DNA of 64,000 bases from Candidatus Anstonellales archaeon. GTDB lineage: Archaea; Micrarchaeota; Micrarchaeia; Anstonellales; J096. Of the stretch, positions 1 to 10,092 are shown in pieces (within the stretch, counting starts at the first letter, position 1; each line of letters opens with the position of its first letter). Below the pieces are notes generated by a model. The model made no database searches. It was not told where the DNA came from and was given only the letters and a program-made list of their open reading frames with translations. The stretch is taken from assembly GCA_038896535.1 (NCBI GenBank), contig JAWACY010000002.1:1-64000 (forward strand), read 5' to 3'. The position numbers were made by a program, and so were the translations under genes.

Positions 1-137
1 AAGTCATATACTCATTTATTGCTATGATACTTTTCTTTATGCTCATATTATTCATAAGGGATTATATAAGGGAAAGAGAGAAAATAAAGAAAGAGACAAT
101 GGAAAAATACGCAGCAAAGCCAGAAGAGAAGAAATAA
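1..137 (+). CDS. 3' end of a membrane-anchored protein (partial; runs off the window start)
   Basis: Frame from nt 3 reads VIYSFIAMILFFMLILFIRDYIREREKIKKETMEKYAAKPEEKK* (TM helix then charged tail); TAA at 135-137. Confidence 0.6.
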   Translation, partial: VIYSFIAMILFFMLILFIRDYIREREKIKKETMEKYAAKPEEKK

Positions 138-144
138 AAAATAA

Positions 145-2106
145 TTGCCATATAAATATATGCCAGAAAAATTACAAAATGGTCAAATGATGAGAAAAGG
201 GCAAGAAAAAGAGCCAGAAAAAGAACAGCATAAAGAAAAAGAAGAAAAAATAAAAACACCAAAAACAAAGCAATTGAATATGGCCCTTTCTTTTTTGCTT
301 TATTTGAATGATATTAGGAATAGAAAATTTTATGTGGATAACTTAATATTATTGCCAAGATTGTATGAAGGGCAATATAATACAGAAAATTTAGAAAGAG
401 GATCAATTATAATAACAATGGGCCATATGATGCAAACAATAAATGAATACAATAAAAATTTACTTGAATTTTTTAATTATTTGAAGTCAGAACAAGGTAG
501 AGAATATTTTAAGACAATTGGCTTTACTGATAAAGAAATAAAAATACTTGAAAGCGTTTTGAGTAAGGCATTAAAAGAACTTGTTGCATTTAAATATAGA
601 ATTCCAAAGCTTGCTGATCTGGATAGAGAGCAACTTATTAAAATAGAACAGGATTTTAAATATGTTGTAAATAGAGCATTTATCAGTATTTTTATGGCTG
701 TTAAAAAGCCAATAGAAAGAGAAATTGATTCTGAACTTGGTAAATTTGCAAGACAAAGGCAAATAGCATCTTTTATTCTTTCTTATACATCAAAGCTTGG
801 TTTTGAATCATCTCCCCTATATGATTCATTATTTATGTTGCATTTATTATATAATTTTACAAATACAAAACCAGAGAAAAATATGTACATGCTAAGCTCA
901 TTTATTCCACAACAATTAATGCCATTTTTAAGTGGTTATATTCCTGGTTCAGGCGTAGGTAATTTATTAACAAAAGCGGTCTCTGGCTTGGAAACACGAT
1001 TTTCAGATTATTTATTTGCTTTTTTAGACCTAATTAGCATGGCAAAATTAAAGAGAGTGCCTCATTTGCCAAATGATGACCACATCCCGATTGTTGAAAG
1101 AGTTGTTGGAAAAGGAGGAGATTTAAGGCATGTAGAAGCAAGAACTGGATTAATTGGCAGAGCATTAGCTGATGAGAAGAAAGAGAAGGAGTATGAAGAA
1201 CTATATGAAAAAATCCGCACTTTTTATTTTAAAGAAGGTTTTGAATCAAATTATAAAAGATTTAGAGAACTGCTATTAGACCCAAAATACAGGCAAGCAT
1301 TTTATATAGATATGGAGACATTAATGGCTTTTGGTTTTAGTGAACAGACAGCCCGTTTATTAACAATGTTTAGGTATATGTATGAATTAGAGAGCGGTTT
1401 TGGGCATACAAACAGGGTCGCAGAGCTTTATAGAAGAGTTAAAGGAATGCTTTCCAAAAATGAAGAAGCTGCCCTTTTATGTCATGATATAGGGAAATGC
1501 TTTATTCCAAAAGATGCGCATCATGGAAGACATGCTTTAACGCATGATTTAAAAACAAACGAACTAAAAAGAGAAATGGCCCCCTTAATAACAGAAGCAC
1601 ATGTAATATTCAATTATTATTTGACCGAAATGCTAAAGAAGTATGTGCCCGAAGCAGATAGGAAAATACTTGAATCAGAAGAATGGATAGGAATACTTTT
1701 TGGCCATCACCCAAATTATGTTAATAAATATACAAGAAGCATTTCAAATATAGACCCAAGAATTGTTCTTTGCGATACTTTTGATGCCATATTTTCTTAT
1801 AGGCCATACAGGAAAGATGATAAGGAAATTTGGGAAAAGATTTTTGATTTTCTATCAATTGCAAAAGACATGAAAGGCATTAGCAGTGAAAAAGCGCAGG
1901 AATATGTATTTAAAATATTCAGAATTGCATTTGACATGGCTGGAATAAAATTAACAAAAGAAGAACTAAAAATGTTAAGAAATTTTATAAAAGAAGCAAT
2001 AAGAGCAGATAAGGATAGAATTGAAGAAGCTGCGAGAAAGAATAAAGTTTATGATTTATTTATACAATTTGAAGAGGGCTATAGAAAATTAATTTATTAT
2101 CAATGA
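145..2106 (+). CDS. Large protein with C-terminal HD (HD-GYP-like) phosphohydrolase domain
   Basis: GHTNRVAEL, LCHDIGK, GHHP and CDTFDAIFSYRPYRK motifs; true start probably a nearby downstream ATG. Confidence 0.75.
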   Translation: MPYKYMPEKLQNGQMMRKGQEKEPEKEQHKEKEEKIKTPKTKQLNMALSFLLYLNDIRNRKFYVDNLILLPRLYEGQYNTENLERGSIIITMGHMMQTINEYNKNLLEFFNYLKSEQGREYFKTIGFTDKEIKILESVLSKALKELVAFKYRIPKLADLDREQLIKIEQDFKYVVNRAFISIFMAVKKPIEREIDSELGKFARQRQIASFILSYTSKLGFESSPLYDSLFMLHLLYNFTNTKPEKNMYMLSSFIPQQLMPFLSGYIPGSGVGNLLTKAVSGLETRFSDYLFAFLDLISMAKLKRVPHLPNDDHIPIVERVVGKGGDLRHVEARTGLIGRALADEKKEKEYEELYEKIRTFYFKEGFESNYKRFRELLLDPKYRQAFYIDMETLMAFGFSEQTARLLTMFRYMYELESGFGHTNRVAELYRRVKGMLSKNEEAALLCHDIGKCFIPKDAHHGRHALTHDLKTNELKREMAPLITEAHVIFNYYLTEMLKKYVPEADRKILESEEWIGILFGHHPNYVNKYTRSISNIDPRIVLCDTFDAIFSYRPYRKDDKEIWEKIFDFLSIAKDMKGISSEKAQEYVFKIFRIAFDMAGIKLTKEELKMLRNFIKEAIRADKDRIEEAARKNKVYDLFIQFEEGYRKLIYYQ

Positions 2107-2480
2107 TATTTTAGCTCTATAGCTGTTGCTGTTAAATGTCTGCATATTTCGCGAGCTTTTTCTAGACTTTCTGATATTGCATCTATGCTGCTGAGCGTTA
2201 AAACAATATTCGCAAAGCTAGAATTTATGTTTATAACATCATTTATGCCTTCTATGTCATCCATATGCTTAACCTTTTCTTTTATAACTTTTTCATATGC
2301 ACCAGCTAAAATGCTTGATAAGTAAATTATCATTCTCTTATGTTTTTCCCATAACTGGCTATTGCCTTTATATCTATCATGCATATTCCTTACATGCACG
2401 TTAAATTTTCTTAGTGCTATTAAAAATCTGCTTTCATAATTTTTTTCATCGGCTTTATGTGCAGATTTAAAAACCGCCAT
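2100..2480 (-). CDS. Hypothetical helical protein (possibly PhoU/DUF47-like helices)
   Basis: 126-aa ORF with ATG and an upstream TATA-like box; amphipathic helical pattern only. Confidence 0.55.
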   Translation of the reverse strand: MAVFKSAHKADEKNYESRFLIALRKFNVHVRNMHDRYKGNSQLWEKHKRMIIYLSSILAGAYEKVIKEKVKHMDDIEGINDVININSSFANIVLTLSSIDAISESLEKAREICRHLTATAIELKYH

Positions 2481-2530
2481 AATAAAATATTAATAATAAC
2501 TTTTAAAAATCCTTATTATTCAAATCGTTA

Positions 2531-4741
2531 TTATTTTATAATTTCAATCTCATAACCATTTTTTGCTCTCTTTATTCTAAATAGGCCATTTCTTATTTTA
2601 TAATTTTTTGTTTTTATCTCATATAAGCCCGGCCCATTTAAAATGAATGATATTGCCCCATATTCATCAGCATAACCAGAAAATATTAAGTCTCCATCTT
2701 TTATTACTTTAACAGCCTCTTTTATTGGCATGTTATAAAAATCTCTAATAATGCATTTTACTAAACCATTGGTATATACATCTATGTTTGCTTTATACTT
2801 ATAACTTTGCCTTTTATAGAATATAAGGAATAAAAAGAAAATAGCAATTGCAGTAGAAGTAATATATTCTAAAGAAAGAGAAAATGATTTTGGTTCTATT
2901 TCATAATTAACTATAATGCTTGAAAACTGGTTGTTAGAAGTTATGTAAATGTTATAATTTCCTTGAGAGAGATTTATCCTAACAAGTCCATTAACATGAT
3001 CTCTTTTAAATATAATTTTACCATCTTTTCTTATTGTTATATTGTAGTCATTTATTCTATCTGGCCCTATTACAGCAGTTGTGCTATTACTTAACTTTAT
3101 ATCTAAACTGCTCTTATAAACAATGGGTTTTTTCCCAACATATAATGAAGCATTATTCAATATCCTATAGCCCTGTACATTTATGTTGTATAAGCCAGCA
3201 TATAGCGGGATAAAAGAAAAGCTGCCATTTTCATCACTTACTTTTTTTATTGCCCCATAAGGAGTGTCTATTGTAATATTAACATTGCTCAAATAAGAGC
3301 CATTTTCATATAATAACGTTATTTTTATTTCTTCATTCTCATAAGCAATATCTGGTTTTTCAATCTTTATGTTAATAATTGATGTTTTGTTATTGCCCTG
3401 TTCAAAACATTCATATGCTAAAAGTTGCGCTACTGCCTGCTCATACCCTCCTTTTGTTGCTGTTAAAAAATATAGGCTTGAGTCATTTATATAAATTTTG
3501 ACATTGGATACATTCTGAAATGTTTTTCCTATGCCTGTTTCTTTTGAAGTTAATAATAGGTCAGCATTTATTGGAAAGCCTAAATAAAATAAGCTTACAT
3601 TGAATGATTTTTCTGTACAATTATAAGAAATATTTAAATCAAGCTTTTGAGGGCCTTTTAATGGCCTTAATATACATGCAATATCATATGCAAATACAGG
3701 GTTTTTATCTTCCATAATGCCAATAAATTTTTTGCTTTTATAAGGCCATAGCAAGCCAGCATCAGCTCTGTAATCATTATTTAAATCATCAATCTCTTTA
3801 TTTTCATAAGCTAACCTTATATCCCTATAATAATTCTCATCTAAAAAAACAGACGAATTAATGGCCTTTATATAATAATCAGCATCTGTGCAAAAGAAGG
3901 TTTTTGTTATGTTTGCATAGCTATCAATAAGCAATAAGCCAGCATTATTCAAGAACTTTGCTTTGTTTAAGGAAATGCTTGAATTTACTGCAAATAAGCT
4001 TGATGTTATAGTCCCATTTATTGTTATATTACTAACATTAATGAGGAATAAATTTTCAACGCTTCCATCTATTAAAATATTACTGCTGTTATAAAGCTCT
4101 AAATAAAAATACTCATCACTTATTACTTCATTGTTTGCTTGTGCTATTCTCGATTTTTTATTATTAACAAAACTGTTTGCTAACGAAAAAAAGCAAGCAT
4201 CATTTATTGTATTTAAATCATAAATTAATGAATAATTAAAGTTTATGCTTGAATTTATACATTTTATATATGCATTATTATATATATTCATTAAAACAGA
4301 CCTGTAAAATGTCAGGTTGCTATTATTAATATATGCAATATAAAAAGGGCCTATGATATTTGTGCTATTTATCTCAATTATTACATTACTGTTTAATGCA
4401 TTTATTATGTTTGTATTATTTAATGGTATGAGAGAACCATTCAAGAATAAATTGCTATTGTATAATACAATAGACCCATTAAAATTGATTTTATAAAAGC
4501 TGACATTTGAATTTATTATTGATATGTTCCCAATAACTTTTTTACCATCAAAATTTATGTCTATTGTTTTGTTTGTTATATCACAATTGCCAATATTTAC
4601 ATAATCTTCTTTTCCTAAATTTATGTTGCATTCCAATGAGAAATAATAAGGCAAAATCATAAGGAATATGAAATATATGGCAAGCTTTTGTTTTATATGC
4701 ATGTGACCACTTCTTTTTTGGCAATTTCTTTTTTTGTGCAT
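2531..4741 (-). CDS. Secreted/surface protein: signal peptide, Asn/Ile-rich beta-helix-like region, Ig/carboxypeptidase-regulatory-like domains, C-terminal TM
   Basis: Hydrophobic N-terminus, many N-x-S/T sites, SDENGSFSF...GLYNI motif, TM AIAIFFLFLIFY. Confidence 0.7.
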   Translation of the reverse strand: MHKKRNCQKRSGHMHIKQKLAIYFIFLMILPYYFSLECNINLGKEDYVNIGNCDITNKTIDINFDGKKVIGNISIINSNVSFYKINFNGSIVLYNSNLFLNGSLIPLNNTNIINALNSNVIIEINSTNIIGPFYIAYINNSNLTFYRSVLMNIYNNAYIKCINSSINFNYSLIYDLNTINDACFFSLANSFVNNKKSRIAQANNEVISDEYFYLELYNSSNILIDGSVENLFLINVSNITINGTITSSLFAVNSSISLNKAKFLNNAGLLLIDSYANITKTFFCTDADYYIKAINSSVFLDENYYRDIRLAYENKEIDDLNNDYRADAGLLWPYKSKKFIGIMEDKNPVFAYDIACILRPLKGPQKLDLNISYNCTEKSFNVSLFYLGFPINADLLLTSKETGIGKTFQNVSNVKIYINDSSLYFLTATKGGYEQAVAQLLAYECFEQGNNKTSIINIKIEKPDIAYENEEIKITLLYENGSYLSNVNITIDTPYGAIKKVSDENGSFSFIPLYAGLYNINVQGYRILNNASLYVGKKPIVYKSSLDIKLSNSTTAVIGPDRINDYNITIRKDGKIIFKRDHVNGLVRINLSQGNYNIYITSNNQFSSIIVNYEIEPKSFSLSLEYITSTAIAIFFLFLIFYKRQSYKYKANIDVYTNGLVKCIIRDFYNMPIKEAVKVIKDGDLIFSGYADEYGAISFILNGPGLYEIKTKNYKIRNGLFRIKRAKNGYEIEIIK

Positions 4742-4751
4742 CTTATAAATA

Positions 4752-5399
4752 TCATGCCTTCATATAAATAAAATAATGCTCTTTATCATAAGGCTCAAGA
4801 TTTATTACTTCAACAATATTAAAAACCTTTAGCTCATCCAGAGCAATGTCAAGAATTTGTTTTTTTGTTTTTGTTACATCTATGCTATGTGCCTTTAAAC
4901 AAAGAAACATATGCTTTGGTTTGAATAATTTTGCATTATCTATCAAAATCCTTGTCTGGTCTGGCTGTGCAATATCTTGATATATTATATCAACATTTCC
5001 TATATCAGAATAATGGCCTGGCATTCTTGCATCTGCCAATATTGGGATTATGTTCTCTCTTTTTTCTGCAAGCATTATGAGCTTTTCCATCATTTTTTCA
5101 GATACTTCTATTGCATAAATAATGCCCTTACTACATATATCTGATAAATGGCTCACAGTAGTGCCAGTTGAAGCGCCTAAGTATAAAACTTTCGAATTTG
5201 CTTTAAATGGGAAATGCTTTAAACCATTTTTCAATGCAGCTGCAAGCTTACTTCTATAGCAATCCCATTGTCTATATTCTATTCCATTAACGATTAATAG
5301 CTTTTCTCCATAAACGCTTTGCCCATTTACAAGGTTTTTGGTATAAAAATTGCCTTTATGAAAATAAACCCCATTGAACAGTTCTTTCATTATTTTCAT
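4752..5399 (-). CDS. flpA: Fibrillarin-like rRNA/tRNA 2'-O-methyltransferase
   Basis: VYGEK, RSKLAAA, VLYLGASTGTTVSHLSD, DIAQPDQ, LEPYDKEH. Confidence 0.95.
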   Translation of the reverse strand: MKIMKELFNGVYFHKGNFYTKNLVNGQSVYGEKLLIVNGIEYRQWDCYRSKLAAALKNGLKHFPFKANSKVLYLGASTGTTVSHLSDICSKGIIYAIEVSEKMMEKLIMLAEKRENIIPILADARMPGHYSDIGNVDIIYQDIAQPDQTRILIDNAKLFKPKHMFLCLKAHSIDVTKTKKQILDIALDELKVFNIVEVINLEPYDKEHYFIYMKA

Positions 5400-5449
5400 A
5401 TTAATGATTTTATGACAAGTATTTTAAAACTTAAATATCAAATTATGCT

Positions 5450-6229
5450 ATGGAATTGATATTTATAGGTGTAGGTGGAACAAGGAAGGTTATTGCAAGG
5501 CAGCCAGCAAATATATACAGTGGTGGGTTTAGAATACATGTTGATAATTTAAAGTTTCATATTGACCCAGGGCCAAGTGCAATAATAAGGAGCGCTCAAA
5601 TAGGCATAAAGGTTGAAGATACCGATGTAGTTGTGGTAAGCCATGCACATATAGACCATTATAATGATATAGGCATTATTGCAGAAGCAATGAACGGATA
5701 TGGGTTTAAGAAAGAGGGCATTTTAATATGCCATAAATCATGTTTATCTGATAATGAAAAAAATACGAGGGCAATAAGCAAATATGCTGAGTCATTATTT
5801 AAGCAGGTTTATGCCTTACAATCAGGAGATGAAATAAATGTTGAGCACATAAAAAGTTTTGATTTTAAAGCAACAAAAGTAGATCACGACCAATTATTGG
5901 GGGGAATGGGCTTTTTACTAAAAATAGACGGTAAGAAAATAGGTTATACAAGCGATACCGGCTATTTTCCAGGGCTTTTTAAACAATTTGATGGATGCGA
6001 TGCATTAATAGCAAATGTAGTATCAATAAAAAAACCAAAGTATAATTTGCATTTGTTTGTTGATGATTTAGAAATGCTTTATGAAGAAATAAAACCAAAG
6101 AAATTATTTATTTATCATATCGGGGAGGATATAATAAACTATGGCCCTAAAAAGCTGGAAAAAGAGCTGAGAGAAAGATTTTATGAACGTATACATATTC
6201 CTTTATCTGGGGAAATATTTGAAATTTGA
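5450..6229 (+). CDS. MBL-fold metallo-hydrolase
   Basis: IDPGP, SHAHIDH (HxHxDH), YTSDT, YH motifs. Confidence 0.85.
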   Translation: MELIFIGVGGTRKVIARQPANIYSGGFRIHVDNLKFHIDPGPSAIIRSAQIGIKVEDTDVVVVSHAHIDHYNDIGIIAEAMNGYGFKKEGILICHKSCLSDNEKNTRAISKYAESLFKQVYALQSGDEINVEHIKSFDFKATKVDHDQLLGGMGFLLKIDGKKIGYTSDTGYFPGLFKQFDGCDALIANVVSIKKPKYNLHLFVDDLEMLYEEIKPKKLFIYHIGEDIINYGPKKLEKELRERFYERIHIPLSGEIFEI

Positions 6230-6290
6230 TTTAAAACTGAACTAAAACAAAAATGAATTAAAAAAAACTGTTGGCAAGTAATTAAAAGGA

Positions 6291-6346
6291 AGAGTCAGAA
6301 GCTACCTCGATCATCATTATTCAGACTGGAACGGTTTCATCACAAT
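6291..6346 (-). ncRNA. Box C/D methylation guide sRNA
   Basis: Minus strand: box C GTGATGA (6343-6337), 12-nt guide AACCGTTCCAGT, D' CTGA (6324-6321), C' ATGATGA (6317-6311), 12-nt guide TCGAGGTAGCTT, D CTGA (6298-6295); RNA ends approximate. Confidence 0.88.
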
Positions 6347-6355
6347 ATTAATTTA

Positions 6356-7393
6356 TTGATATGGTTTTTTAATTGGTATGGTTTTTTAAACGTTTTTAAG
6401 AAATTTAAGGTTATGGACAAGCGTTTTATCATAGGTTTGTTGATAACAGTAATAATGCTATATACTGCACTTAACGTTTATTTCAATGTTTATAGTAATA
6501 GAAATGTAAAAGAGCAGGTTAATGAAAATAAAAATATCAAAAATGTGAATTTGACAGGCATTTTAAGTAATATAAAAACCCCCAATGCTTATACAATAGT
6601 AAAGGAGGAAAGCATAGGTAATAAAACAAGAAATATAACTGTTAAGAGAAAGAATAATAATGTTTATATATTACTTAATGACACGCAAGACCTTTATGTT
6701 GTTGAATACACTATGAAAAATAATCAAGAGCAATTATGCTTTTCCTTTAATTCGAAAGGTTGCGGTAATCTATCAGAACTTTCAATATTCTATTACTTGC
6801 CAAATGAAGAACAGGCAAGATTCATATATTCATCTCTGCCTTTAATAATAAAGCTTGAGCAAGGAAATGCTTTGCATATAACTAATATTACTGATAATGG
6901 AAAGTGTGTTAATTACTCATATAATTACTCATATGCTGAGCTTCCATTAAAAGATTTAAGAGATCTTGGCTTGGATAAAGCGAGTATAGAGCAAATATCA
7001 ACTGTATATAAAGAAAGCTTATGTATAAAAGATAATTTTATAATGGCATTTTCAAGAGATGATGGCATTAGTAAAGCTAGCTGGGAAATATTAAGCATAG
7101 ATAAAAACGAGCCAGCAATACCAGATTTGAGCAATGAAACAGATATTAATGGAGCATATAATAGTTGGAGGTTATTTAAACAGGCAATAAGCCAGCAAAA
7201 TATATCAGACCCGCAAATAAGGAGCATAGCAACAGAATTTGGAAAGCCGGAGATATGCTTTAAGGCAAGCGATAAAAATACTTGCTTGTTGATCTTTGCA
7301 CAAAAATTGAAGACAAATGAGTCATGTGATTTAATAGATAACGAGACATTAAAATTCAGATGTTTTGATTTAATAAAAAATATCAGTAAATAG
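6356..7393 (+). CDS. Membrane-anchored extracellular protein with Cys-spaced C-terminal repeats
   Basis: Likely start ATG 6413 (MDKRFIIGLLITVIML); C-terminal PEIC...C...SCDLI...C pattern. Confidence 0.7.
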   Translation: MIWFFNWYGFLNVFKKFKVMDKRFIIGLLITVIMLYTALNVYFNVYSNRNVKEQVNENKNIKNVNLTGILSNIKTPNAYTIVKEESIGNKTRNITVKRKNNNVYILLNDTQDLYVVEYTMKNNQEQLCFSFNSKGCGNLSELSIFYYLPNEEQARFIYSSLPLIIKLEQGNALHITNITDNGKCVNYSYNYSYAELPLKDLRDLGLDKASIEQISTVYKESLCIKDNFIMAFSRDDGISKASWEILSIDKNEPAIPDLSNETDINGAYNSWRLFKQAISQQNISDPQIRSIATEFGKPEICFKASDKNTCLLIFAQKLKTNESCDLIDNETLKFRCFDLIKNISK

Positions 7394-7405
7394 AGAAATG
7401 ATAAA

Positions 7406-8206
7406 ATGTTTGAATATAGCATAATACTTGTAATGCTTATTACTGGCATAGGCGCTTTATATGATTTGTTCAATAAAAAAGAAGTGCCAGATAATATTTT
7501 ATTCATCTTAATTTTCATATCTTTTCTATATTCAATATTTTTTACAGATTTTTATTTTGGAATTTTACAAGCACTTTTGATTTTAAGTATTGGTTATATT
7601 GCTTATAAGAGGGGCTTACTTGGATTTGCTGATGTGATATTTTTTTCTTGCATTGCGCTCATAATACCATATAAAAATATCGCTTATATAAAACTTCCAT
7701 TTGTCTTACCGGTTTTTGTTTATTCTGGCCTGTTCTTTGCTGTTGCATCAATTATTTATTATGGTTTTAGAATGGCTAAGAATGGCATAACGAAAATAAA
7801 CATAGCAGGCATTTTTCCATTATTAGCATTTTTAATTTTTCTATTTTTTTATAAAGATTTCATGTTTTTCAGCACATTTTTTATTTTTCTGATATTTTTT
7901 GCTGTTTTAATTTCCTCATTTTACATAGCATTTGAGCATGACTTAAAGAGGGCAACTTCAAGTGAAGAGAAAATATCTGAACAACTTATAGAAGATATAA
8001 TAGCATATGATTTACTAAATGAAAAACAAAAAGCAGTAATAGGTAATAAAAGAGTTGTTGATGAAGAGCTTTTACAAAAGCTCAAAGAAAATAATATAAA
8101 GACATTGCCAGTATATAAGCATTTATTGCCATTCTTACCATTCCTTTTGATTGGTTCAATCTTCGCTTATTTATACGGCTTTGATTTCTTGTTTGGCTTT
8201 TATTAA
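7406..8206 (+). CDS. A24 family prepilin/preflagellin peptidase (PibD/FlaK-like)
   Basis: Multi-TM; YDL..KEVPD and GFADV catalytic Asp motifs; C-terminal PFLPFL. Confidence 0.8.
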   Translation: MFEYSIILVMLITGIGALYDLFNKKEVPDNILFILIFISFLYSIFFTDFYFGILQALLILSIGYIAYKRGLLGFADVIFFSCIALIIPYKNIAYIKLPFVLPVFVYSGLFFAVASIIYYGFRMAKNGITKINIAGIFPLLAFLIFLFFYKDFMFFSTFFIFLIFFAVLISSFYIAFEHDLKRATSSEEKISEQLIEDIIAYDLLNEKQKAVIGNKRVVDEELLQKLKENNIKTLPVYKHLLPFLPFLLIGSIFAYLYGFDFLFGFY

Positions 8207-8238
8207 TTTCTAATAATTAATTTCTAATAATTATTTTA

Positions 8239-8655
8239 CTAATTCTCATCTGGCTTTTCTTCTTGTTTTTTGCTTAAATCCTTATCAAAGGTCCTGAAAT
8301 CAAGTGTTAATTCAAATGGGATTTGCAAAATATCAACAATTGGGAAAATTGCATATAACTTTAAATCTACCCTTTCTTTAGCATCAACTGTTTCTAAAAA
8401 TATCTCCCCGAGTTTTTCAATAATAAAATCAATACTTTCCACCTGTATGGCTTTCTTTAATACTGATATTGAGCCCCTTTCTTTATAGCTCTCATTTCTA
8501 AATATGACTTCATAAGTATTTTTTGACCCTGTTTCTTTATCTTCTATTAATGCATGGAACTTTACGAACTCTGTTATCTTTGCACTTTTTATTAAATTTG
8601 GATTATCAACTTGAAAGCCAAATACTTCTTTTTTTTCTTTTTCTATTTTAACCAC
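8239..8655 (-). CDS. Hypothetical protein
   Basis: 138-aa ORF starting 15 nt after the metallophosphoesterase stop on the same strand. Confidence 0.6.
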   Translation of the reverse strand: MVKIEKEKKEVFGFQVDNPNLIKSAKITEFVKFHALIEDKETGSKNTYEVIFRNESYKERGSISVLKKAIQVESIDFIIEKLGEIFLETVDAKERVDLKLYAIFPIVDILQIPFELTLDFRTFDKDLSKKQEEKPDEN

Positions 8656-8670
8656 CCATTTAAAATTTCT

Positions 8671-9741
8671 TTAAACAATAACCAATCTCTCCCCTTTGTT
8701 TATTATTTTTTTATTTAGGACTGTAAAGAACCCATCCGCATAAACATAGACAATTGCGAAACCATGGTTCCATTGGTTTAATGGGTTCCAATCTGGAGTT
8801 AAGTTTGATAAACAACCAACAGCCCAAGCACTTCTTAAATCCCTGTCTATGGCTGTGCTAGTATATTCCTGCGTTATATGCCAATGCCCAAAAATAATAC
8901 TTTTCTTTGCTTTCTCCAATATATTCCTGGCAACATTTATTACTCCATATTTACTGCCTTTGTGATATTCATGCCCATGTATTGCAAGCAATCTTCTTCC
9001 AACAAGAGGATAATAAGGTTGAGCACTTTCTCTTGGTGTGTGATATTTTATTTTATCATTAAATATCTCATGTCCAAGCTCTGATTGTATAGTTTTAAAT
9101 AAGCTGAGCGGATTTTTAAAAATCCCTGATAATTCCGGGGCATTTTTGTATATGTATGAATATAACCTTTCTTCATGATTCCCCTCTATATATATTATTT
9201 TTTCAACACCTGCAAATAACTCAGTTATTGTTTTCAATATTTCAGCTGATTCAATAAGTTCTTTTGTTAAGTCCCTTTCTCTTATATCTTTTAAATATGA
9301 AGACATGCCTTTAAAATCTAAAAGATCGCCCAAAATAACAAGCCAATCTGGTTTTACTTCCTGCACAGCATACAATAAAGCAGTTAGCAAAGCTTTTTTG
9401 TCATGATATGGAATATGCAAATCGCCCATCAAAAATATCTTTTTTGCTGGTTTTTCTGAATACAATCTAAGTTGATTTATAGCATTTCCAAAGCTATGCC
9501 CCCTTGCTTTCCTTAAATCACATGCCCTAAAATCAATATAACAAAGTTCTTGCTCCCTGCCTTTATACAAATTCGATCCATCTTTCAATCCATCTTTCTT
9601 ATTGCCAAATGGATTTTTCTCAACTTGGCTATTTTCTCTAATTTGATTACTATTAATAAATTTATTAGCTTGGCCAGTCTTTTGTTCAGTCTTTTGTTTT
9701 TTCCATTGCCCCCTTAAGCCCATTTTCCCAACCCCCAACAA
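8671..9741 (-). CDS. Calcineurin-like metallophosphoesterase with disordered N-terminus
   Basis: GDLHIPYHD, GDLLD, GNHE, HGH and GHWH motifs. Confidence 0.85.
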   Translation of the reverse strand: MLGVGKMGLRGQWKKQKTEQKTGQANKFINSNQIRENSQVEKNPFGNKKDGLKDGSNLYKGREQELCYIDFRACDLRKARGHSFGNAINQLRLYSEKPAKKIFLMGDLHIPYHDKKALLTALLYAVQEVKPDWLVILGDLLDFKGMSSYLKDIRERDLTKELIESAEILKTITELFAGVEKIIYIEGNHEERLYSYIYKNAPELSGIFKNPLSLFKTIQSELGHEIFNDKIKYHTPRESAQPYYPLVGRRLLAIHGHEYHKGSKYGVINVARNILEKAKKSIIFGHWHITQEYTSTAIDRDLRSAWAVGCLSNLTPDWNPLNQWNHGFAIVYVYADGFFTVLNKKIINKGERLVIV

Positions 9742-9933
9742 TAATTATTTAATCATTATATATAAAAATCTTTCTATTTTTGTCTATTTTCCTCAAAAAT
9801 CGAAAAAGAATAGAAAAAGTAATAGGTTAAAATATAAAAATAACAGGTTAAAATTAAAAATGTAATATAGAAAATATAATGTAGCTTAAAATGAATGTGA
9901 TTATGTGCTTTAGAATTCTATAAACTTATATAA

Positions 9934-10004
9934 TGCGGTAGCCGGGATTTGAACCCGGGTCCCCAGCTTGGGAAGCTGGTATCCTTCCCCTAGACTACTA
10001 CCGC
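9934..10004 (-). tRNA. tRNA-Gly(CCC)
   Basis: Acceptor GCGGTAG/CTACCGC, anticodon arm CCAGC-TTCCCAA-GCTGG, T arm CCGGG-TTCAAAT-CCCGG; no intron, CCA not encoded. Confidence 0.95.
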
Positions 10005-10092
10005 TTTTATAAGTAAGCATAAAATTGCATTCTATTACATTTAATATAAAATTATCAAGTAAGATTTAAAATAGTTTTGAGTAAAATCATTA

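Noticed and set aside
6925..7518. Long antisense ORFs (also 15816-16304, 16455-16979, 34492-35001, 50607-51209 and many shorter ones)
   Set aside because: Shadow frames of well-supported genes on the opposite strand
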